Assembly (NCBI GenBank): GCA_026414225.1
Contig: JAOAJK010000006.1
Coordinates: 4,005-68,004, forward strand
Length of the DNA stretch: 64,000 nt
Origin: Thermoplasmata archaeon
Lineage (GTDB): Archaea > Thermoplasmatota > Thermoplasmata > Lutacidiplasmatales > SKW197
Direction of reading: 5' to 3'
Numbering within the stretch: the stretch's first letter is position 1; each line of letters begins with the position of its first letter. Shown piece by piece: positions 9,701 to 18,700 of this stretch. The notes under the pieces were generated by a model that saw only the letters and a program-made list of their open reading frames with translations, did no database searches and was not told the origin of the DNA. The position numbers and the translations under genes were made by a program.

Positions 9701-12700
9701 AGTGGAAAAAATGGGTATCCCAGAAATTTGATTTAACAGAATTCGCGGGTCAGGCAATCACGCTTGCCTTCGTGTTCATGGCAAAGCATTACGGTGAACT
9801 TTCTGAAGGGGTGTATGTGGACGCCATCAAAGTGGCAGGCACAACAGAGAAATTGTGTAAATCAAACATGCATGCGGTTGCAAGGTTCAACATCCAGCTG
9901 GAATGTGAAAGACCCTGGGTTGCGTTCAGTTACCTGGCTGAATTCGCAGCCGGCTCCGGATTCCGCACGCTTGTTGATGGAAATCAGGTATTCGAGACCC
10001 GGAACTCTACGGATGGCTGGTGCCACACAATCCTCTCGCTTGAGGAATTTGCGCACTCATATGCTGAGATTGCGTTTGAGTTTTTCTCTGCCACAGAGGT
10101 TTCAAGCGGCGTTTACATAGACAATATCCACATAGGCGGCATAAGGCCCTACCAGGATGGCGGCATCGTGATTGAAAATGTTGAAATCTGGGCACAGGCC
10201 TGCGGGATGGTGATTGAAGACCGCAACCTCACGGTCAGCAATCTGGAAATTTCGGCAGCTACGGGACTCCAGCTCAGGAATGCGAATTTAACCGCATTTT
10301 ACCTTCGTGTGAACTCCGTGGAGATTGACGCGGACCTCGAGGACAGCACCCTGTATGCCTACGATGATAATCTCAACCCCGTAGCCCTCCGTTGTGACCA
10401 GGACTCGAGGGTTTATTCAAACCGTAGCCTCACCGCAGAGATAGACCAGACAAAACAGGGCATGCTTCCCGCGGGCACTGATGTGTTTGGTAACCCCTTG
10501 TTGTTTGTTCGGAAAAATACTACCGCGGTTGCCTCGCACTGGTATTTTACGAAGAATGGAACCAAGCTCCAGTGGTATGCCCCCTACACCCTGATAACCT
10601 CAAAATCGCTCCTCAAAATCTTCCGTCCTCCAGTTGTGCTTCCAGTAATCACAGCTGAAGACATTGACGAAGACGGGCTTTACAATGTTAATGAGTATTC
10701 GAAGAACATCGTCTGGGTAGATGCCTCAACCTTCCAGAACACGGAAAAGGTTACAGATTCGCTTGCTACGGTTTACGGAGTGAACTGGACCTTCAAACAG
10801 ACCAATGTAAACAATGGAGTAACGCCAAAATCCGCACAGCCAGGATTCCCGATTGTTTACTCAACCATGAAGGCAGGGGCGTTCAATGTAGAGCCGGGAA
10901 CATACAGGGTGATGTTCAGGGCAAGGGCCACGGACCCTCTGACAGATAGAATCGTACTGACCGTGGATACCGGAACAACCAAGGAAATCCACAACACCAC
11001 CCTCAGGATGGACTACCAGTGGTATGAAACCCTGGCTTTTGTGGTAGGGGCAAAGGGGATTAACGACCTGAATATTACAGGATACTCAACCAGGCTTCTC
11101 CGGCCCACCTCCAACTACACATTGTTTGAGAAACTTGCATTCGTAAGAATTTCGGATGAAAAGGGAAATCCGACGGACGTGCACCATCGGCGCCTGACCT
11201 CCCCGCTTATCAGGGACTGCGATGATGACGCGCTGAGCGATGCTGTGGAATTCCCAAATTTTGTAAACTCAAGTGCCTACATTGAGGCAGAGTGGCTCGG
11301 GGCTTTTACCCATGACAGCAATGCGAGTAACGGGCTGGCGCTCCAACTGTCAGAAGGAACTCGGGCAGAACTGGAAATCTCCAGATTGAATTTTACGGAG
11401 ACAAGCTTTGCAGGTTTAATCAGGGTGCGGGCAAGGGGAAACGGGACCCTTAACCTCTCGCTGGAGAGTGGCTGGAGTGAGGGCGTTAATCTCACCCAAG
11501 ATTACAGATGGTATGAATTCACCACGAACCTTCGTGCCGGGGCCTCGCTCGTTTTCACATGCACGGTTCCGGAAAACCAGGGTATTGCGGATCCCATCAT
11601 CCTCGTAGATAGGATTAATATCTTTGACCTCACCGCTCTAACCAGAACAAGGGCAGATGAGGGCCAGGCCATCCCATTCAACGGCACAACCACATTCTCC
11701 TTGACCATTCCCCTAGGTGCGGCCCTCAGCCACCTCTCGTTCAACATCTCTTCAGGGCCAGAAAAAAGGGTTTTCCCGGCGAAAAACCGTGTGGAGTCCG
11801 TTGCGGTTTCGGGGGATTCGCTGTTCTGGATTGAAAAAGATGCCACCATAGCATACATAAAGGCCTACTCCTTCGCAACTGCTTGTGAGATTACAATTGC
11901 AGAGCGGGACCCGAGTGCCAGGAACATCAGCGCTTCGGAGATGCTTGTGGCCTGGGAGGAATCGATTTCAGGCATTTCCCATGTGTGCATTGCTTTCAAT
12001 AAAGCCCGTGCGGCCGTGCACACCTATCAGGGCAGGATGCCCCATGTGGACAACGACACCGTGGTGTTTTTGCCGTTACGCGCTTCATTCCAGATTGTGA
12101 AGGTTGATAATGGAAACCTGGTGGATGTGGTCTGGACACTTGACGAGGGTTGCGGGGCAGTATCCTTCCTCACCTGGAATCTGAGGACGCCGAAAATTTA
12201 TGGAAACAGGATGCTGGTTGCAGCGAACAATCTGGCTTACGATGTCCTTCTCCTCATCGAATTTTCAGAATTTGTTTTGAATTTCACAGGCAAGAAGTTT
12301 TTTGCGACCAAGATTGGCGAGGGCATTTTCACGAATTTTGAAATCTGGGGCGAGAGAATTGTATACTCGGATGGGTATGCCGTGCGCTCTCTCGAACTTT
12401 CGACGGGTGAAAACCGCTGCATTCATGCATCTCCCAGTATCGTTGATTACAAACTCTCAAGGGATGTGCTGGTCGTGGGAGAGATTGATGGAGCAGATTA
12501 TCGCATGACCGCGATTGACACGGTTTCAGGCAGAACAAAGCAGGTTGACATCATTGGGTCACCCGCATCCAACCTCGGTTTCAGCGACGGGCTTCTCTGC
12601 GTTTATTCCGAGGCAAGCCACGAAATTTACTGCTACGCATCAAGTGTGTCTGTGGATGTGGGCTGTGATGGCACTCAGGAGAGGGAACAAAACAGTTTCT

Positions 12701-15700
12701 TCATTTCTGGGAACACCGGTAACCTGATATCCAGTGCAGGAATTCTGAGCTATACATTCGCAACCACGCTCACAGTAAGAGTCAATGCCGGCACCAACGC
12801 CACAATCTCTGGAATTTATGCCGCCTTCACAACCTTTACGGACCCATTCCTGAAAGACACCGACTTTGACAATTTAAGCGATGGGGTCGAGATGAACTCC
12901 TATTTTGCAGAGGGGGTAATTCATCTTGAAGACGCCCTTGAATTTTCGTTCACGGAAAGAGCAGCAAATGCGTATCTCCAGTTTGGGGTCCAGCTTTCTG
13001 CAAACCGAGACGGGGGTGCGAAGATCGTGCATCCATTTGACGCCCTCAGATCAGGCCCATACCTGATTCGCTCAACGGAGCGTGAAAGAATCACCTCAAT
13101 CTGCGGGGAATGCGAGGAGCCCGAGCTTCCCGAAGACCCTTCCCGCTTCGTGAAAGTTGCGATTTTGGATGCATCTGGCGAACCCAAAGAGACAAACACC
13201 TCCCTCGGTTTCAGCCCGCTCTGGAACAACGAAACGGCCTACATCGTAAAAGCCAGGATAGAGTGCACAGTGAACCTGAGCGCGGGCAGATACTGGCTTG
13301 AAATTTCCGTGGTGGCGGGGACCAATCTCACCGTTGTGCTTGATGGGGCCCTTACAATTTCAACGAAGGGCATGGATTGTCTGGACTCAGACACGGACGG
13401 CGATGGTCTTGGCGATGGTTTTGAGTTCGAGCATCGGGCCTCGCCCGTTGCTTCCGACCCCGACCGTGATGGGCTGGAAGACGGTTTTGAAATCTCGGAA
13501 GGCACCTCAGCACTGGAAAGGGACACGGACCTCGACGGGCTGCGGGATACCATCGAGGCAGATGCCACCGCTCCAGTCAATGTCAGGATGCGGAGTTCCT
13601 ACTGGGAGCGGATGCTCTTTTTTGGCTCCCCATTCTGCTACGGAGGCCTTGGCCCAATGCTGGAAATCCGGAGCCAGACCTCTCCCACAAATCCTGACTC
13701 CGATTTTGATGGGCTGCCCGATGGTTTTGTTGATGGCTGGCAGTATTCTTCAGATGAGACGGGAAAATACATGGCAGCAAACTGGAGGCGGTCTGGGCCC
13801 TGCGATGGCATCATCCAGGTCTGGGAATTTGAGGACCTGAATCTAAACGGGGTTTACGAACCCTACGGATGGTGGGGTGACTGGGGCTTCCTGCCACCTT
13901 CATTCGAGTTCTACCATTACATTGACAATGGCATTCTTCATATTTTTGGTGAGACGGACGCCACCCGTGCGGATACAGATGGAGATGCGTGCGTGGATGG
14001 GTACGAGGTGCTGTATGCCACAAAAGAGCCCTACGACAGGTACTGGGAACCACGGAAGGCGTATGGGATGCTTTACCTCCTGAATCCAGTGGATTCAGGT
14101 GATGGAGCCAGGGATGTGGACATATATGAGGAAGAGGTGGTCGAGGAAACGCGGGCAAATGTCAAATATCAACCGGAACCCCCTAACCCGAAACCCCCGG
14201 AGTTCATCAATTATCGGATTGACGAGACATACACGGAAAGAGCGGTCCTGGTCAATTATTCCCACATGCTGGAAATCAAAACGGTGAAGTTCAGCGCCTC
14301 CTCTAATTCGTCGAGAATCAGGGTGGAGCTGTATTCGGGAACTCTTGGGGCCGGGACCCTGCTCGACAGCAGGGTTGTTCAGGTGAATCCCGCAATGGGC
14401 AATGTGAGTGTGTCTTACACCCAGATTTATCTGATGGAGGGCTACCTTGTGTTCAAGAAGGTGTATGACACGGATACAGAGGCCTTCATCGGCGGGATGA
14501 GGGCTTTCACAGATTGTACAGAAGAGCAGGAAACCCTGTTTGCATATAAGAAGAGTGGCAGCTGGCACTCTCTTGCGGCTGGAGGGGTTTACAATTTCTC
14601 GCTTGAATCTTCAGTTTTCGATTACAGTGTGATGAGGGTGAATGATACCATGCCTGCATGGGCGGTGCTGATAGAAAATCCAGAGCAGCGGACAATCTCT
14701 TCACTGTCGGTTTTGCTCTCACCCGAGGATGCACGGACAGGAAATTTTGTAATTGAGATAAGGGAGTACACCGATGATGTGAGCATTGCCAATTCCACGC
14801 TGGTTTGCAAACGGAAGAGCGTGCTGAATGAGATGGGCTGGTACCGGATTGACATAACCGACACGGTCCTGCCAGCTTTCTATGTGGTGCTCAGATACGG
14901 TGGAGAGAGGTTTTGCTGGCTTACAAACATTGACTATAAGCCACGGCATGCGGTCCTGATTACGCCAGAAGAACGCGAGTTCCGTTTTGATTTGAATCCT
15001 TGCATCAAGCTGTACACATACAGCGGCTCCGGGAATCTGGGAAACGCAAGACATGGAGACGGGGTGAACAACACGATTGAAGGATTAACTTACACGAATC
15101 CTCTATCAGAAAACACGGATGCCTTCTGTTCCGGCTCCATACTCTACACTGATGAGTTGAGGGACATGGATGAACTGGAGAGCGTGGTTTTCCGCACAAA
15201 TGCCTTCCAGGGCGCCATGGGTGCAGCCAATTACAGGCATGGTACCTGGATAGAATTCAGGGCAAAGGCGCAGAACGGCGTTGCAGTGAAAAGATACATG
15301 TATGCCTGGTTGATGTCAGATGTGCACTATATTGATATGCACAATTCTCCCCTCACATCCAGCGATAATTTCAAGCTTTATTCACTCACCGATGGAAGTT
15401 GCTTCTACCGCAGTGCGGATGGAAGGGAAATTTATCTCTGGGTGCCTGGACTACCCCCCGAGGTGAATGAGAGTTACACAGGGATATGCCATGTGTTTGC
15501 ACTTGATGCGACCACGACCCCGACATTGAGCACCGACTGGAAACCCAACCCCGCCTACAGGGACCAGGAGCTGTACATCTCATCGCCATTTGACATTGAT
15601 TCCGATGACGATGGTTTCAGGGATGGAGTGGAAATATTCTGGAACCTGGATGTCGAGCCCCCAAATCCTTACGGAATTACAGACATGCTCGCGGATGTCT

Positions 15701-18700
15701 GGGATATTGACAGTGACAATGATGGAATAAATGACGCATTTGAAGTAACACCGACCAACGACTGTGACACGGACGGGAAACCCAACATGGTTGATGCAGA
15801 CAGTGACAGCGACGGGTTGATTGATGGAAGGGAAGACCTCTGGAATCTGGATACCGATAACGACGGGCTGCAGAACATGATTGATGCCGAGAGCGACGGC
15901 GACGGCCTTGTAGATGGTGTGGAGATGAACCCATATCTGGCTGCTGAAAATCTGAGGCTTACCTTTGATTATGCAATTTATGTGGACGGCCAGAAAGTAG
16001 AGCCCAATAAAATCTTCGCCATAGATTTTTCGGGAAACAATGTCTATGTTGGCTATTACAGCGACGGTAACTCGAAAATTGCAGCTGGGAAATTCGAACG
16101 CTATGCCAAAAACCAGTACCTCCAGACCATCCAGATATCCATCGGGAGCAAATTTGCGGTAAACGCGAGCGGGGCAATAATTACGGCAGTGAGTGGCAAT
16201 CTCGTGGCTTACACCAAAACCCAGACGGGAAGTTATGCGGAGAAGGTAGTTGTCAAGAACCTTCCAGCAGTGGTGGCCCTTGCGGTCAACTTCACACATG
16301 CCCTCTTTGTTACTCCAAATCCCGGCGGGAAGGTGTATGCTGTTAACACGGGCAGGGAAAACCAGGAGCTGGGCGATGCAGCTGAAATCTCGGATCTGAC
16401 CTGGGATGCGATAGCCGCGAACGAAAATGGATGCTGGCTTGCGGGAAAAGAGAGGATACTCATGCCCGATGGGACCCGGGTGGACACGGAAAATACAGAG
16501 AAGAAAGGGATATGTGCATTGAGAGATGGCAGTGTGGTCTGGGCAGAGGCCACGAGGGTCCATATTGTCCAGCCCCCATATTCAAAATTCTATCCAAAAC
16601 TGAATGTTTACCAGCAACTGCTGGATAAGAGTGTGAAGCTGTTGAAATCTGACGCCAGGGACAACCTCTTCGTGCTCACAGACAGTGAGTTTTTCATGCT
16701 GAAATTTGCAAAAACCGACATGTTAAGGGCAGACACCGATGCGGACGGGCTCTGGGACGGGTACAATGTGGCACCGTATACGGGTGAACTTCCCGCACGA
16801 AACTGCGAGGCAACGGTGCTGCAGACCTCGACACCCAAGTATGCCAGTTATCTCGAAAATGTGAAGATTCCGCTTCCACCTTATGTGCGCGCGGATGTGC
16901 CCTTCACGGACCCCACGGAAAAGGACAGCGATGGCGATGGGCTGGACGATGCGGCAGAAACCGAGGGCTGGAACATTCAGGTAAGGGACTGTGCGATTGT
17001 GGTCTCTGGCTTCCTCAATCCCCTTGAGACCGAGGTTATTCCGAAATCCAGGCCGTTCTGCACCTTCAATGCAAAGGGAATTCCAGAGATAATTTCACCG
17101 GTAGAGCCAGTTTATACCGTTGGTGTGAACTCAAACCCGCTGTACACAGACACGGACTGCGATGGCCTGAGCGATGGCCAGGAATATCAGTTTACAAATC
17201 CACTGGATGCGGACACCGATAACGATGGTCTGACGGACGGTTTTGAGGTCGGCGAGGACGGAATTTTGGGCGAGGAGGAGACGAGCCCGGTTGCGAGGGA
17301 CACGGATGGCGATGGGTTACCCGATGGCTGGCTTGAGGTTGCCACCGACAACACGCTTGCAAATGAGTGGGGCTTCAGTGCGGTTGCACCGCTGTGGAAA
17401 GGCAAAGTAAATTACGGGGAAGGAAACTGGGATGTGCTGTTTTTCTCTGTGGGTCCCAACGACGGTAGATGGGCATCCGGGAAGGAGGTGGGGGAATGTG
17501 TGGGTGTCTGGAAGTTTGAGGAGGGAAAATATGGAATGGGGTGTTTTGTGGCAATCACAGAACCGCTTGAACCGGATACGGACGATGATGGCGTGGAGGA
17601 TGGAACAGAGTTTCTCTATCTGCTGCGGCTGAGGGGCACTCCATACTGGGATTCCAGGTTCAAAAGGGGAGAGAATCCCTGGGAATACTCTGCTGCATCA
17701 TCATTCCAGCTGGACCTCAGGACCTACGATTCCGACAGCGATGGGCTTAGCGATGGCGAGGAAAACTGGGTGGTCGTGAAGGATGCAAGGACCTTGAGAT
17801 ACCTGAAGAATACTCTTCTAGATGTTGACGCGGTCAAGAGAATCCACATTGAAACCGACCCAACGGACCCTGATTGCGATGCCGATGGCCTGCTCGATGG
17901 CCAGGAGTTTGAGTGGCGGAGCAACCCAGATTACAATCCAAACTTGCTGGGGTGCTGGGATGATATCAATGCGTGGGACAGTGACGTCAATGATAATGCA
18001 AACCAGAATAATGGCGGGCTTCAAACAGAAGAGGTTTATAAGGGGGCCATTGTTACCGAGAACAACGGAACCGTGAAGATCACAGTGAACAAGGAAATTG
18101 TGGCATATTCTACAGTTTATGTTGTACTCTATTATTCAACGGGTGCGGATGAAGAGGTTCAGATAACCACGGGTGCGATGACCCACGCTGGTAAGAATAT
18201 CTGGATAACCAAGCCGGGTGACTTCCGTGAACCTGTCAGGGCGACCGTGAGATACTACACCCCGGCAATCAACCAGATATACGGCGATTATGCCGAGACC
18301 TACTGCGTGTTCCGCACCAATGCAAGATTCGATGAAGGGGCAAAGAGATTAATATACACAAGCAATTCGTGGGTTGTGGTGCCGCTGTTCTCTGCTAACG
18401 GAGGAAATCCATTGCTCACGGACAATACCAGGGGTAACTTCACATTCAGTGAGGTATTGAGTGCGATGCCAGATGGTGCAAGGGCCCTGGAGGTGTTCTA
18501 TGGCGGTGCGTCGGCACCCGTTTTAGCTCCGGATGGTGCAAAGGTTTACATGCTCGTGATAAAGGATACGCAGCCCGCGAGGGCCACATATCTCTATTAC
18601 TACCTTTACATAGAATATGTATCTGGAACTACAACAAAGTATCTGAATTTCACCCGCACGGGTACAACCACCGACTGGGCGACAGCCCACAGCAAGAAGG

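Noticed and set aside
15580-16563. A 327-aa minus-strand ORF, and several other antisense ORFs of 60-180 aa (e.g. 14095-14568, 18606-19007, 19236-19631), inside the giant gene
   Set aside because: They are antisense shadows of a long, compositionally biased (GAY/GGN-rich) coding region. Their products are low-complexity Ser/Pro/Arg-rich with no domain signatures, while the sense frame is continuous and homologous to known modules.
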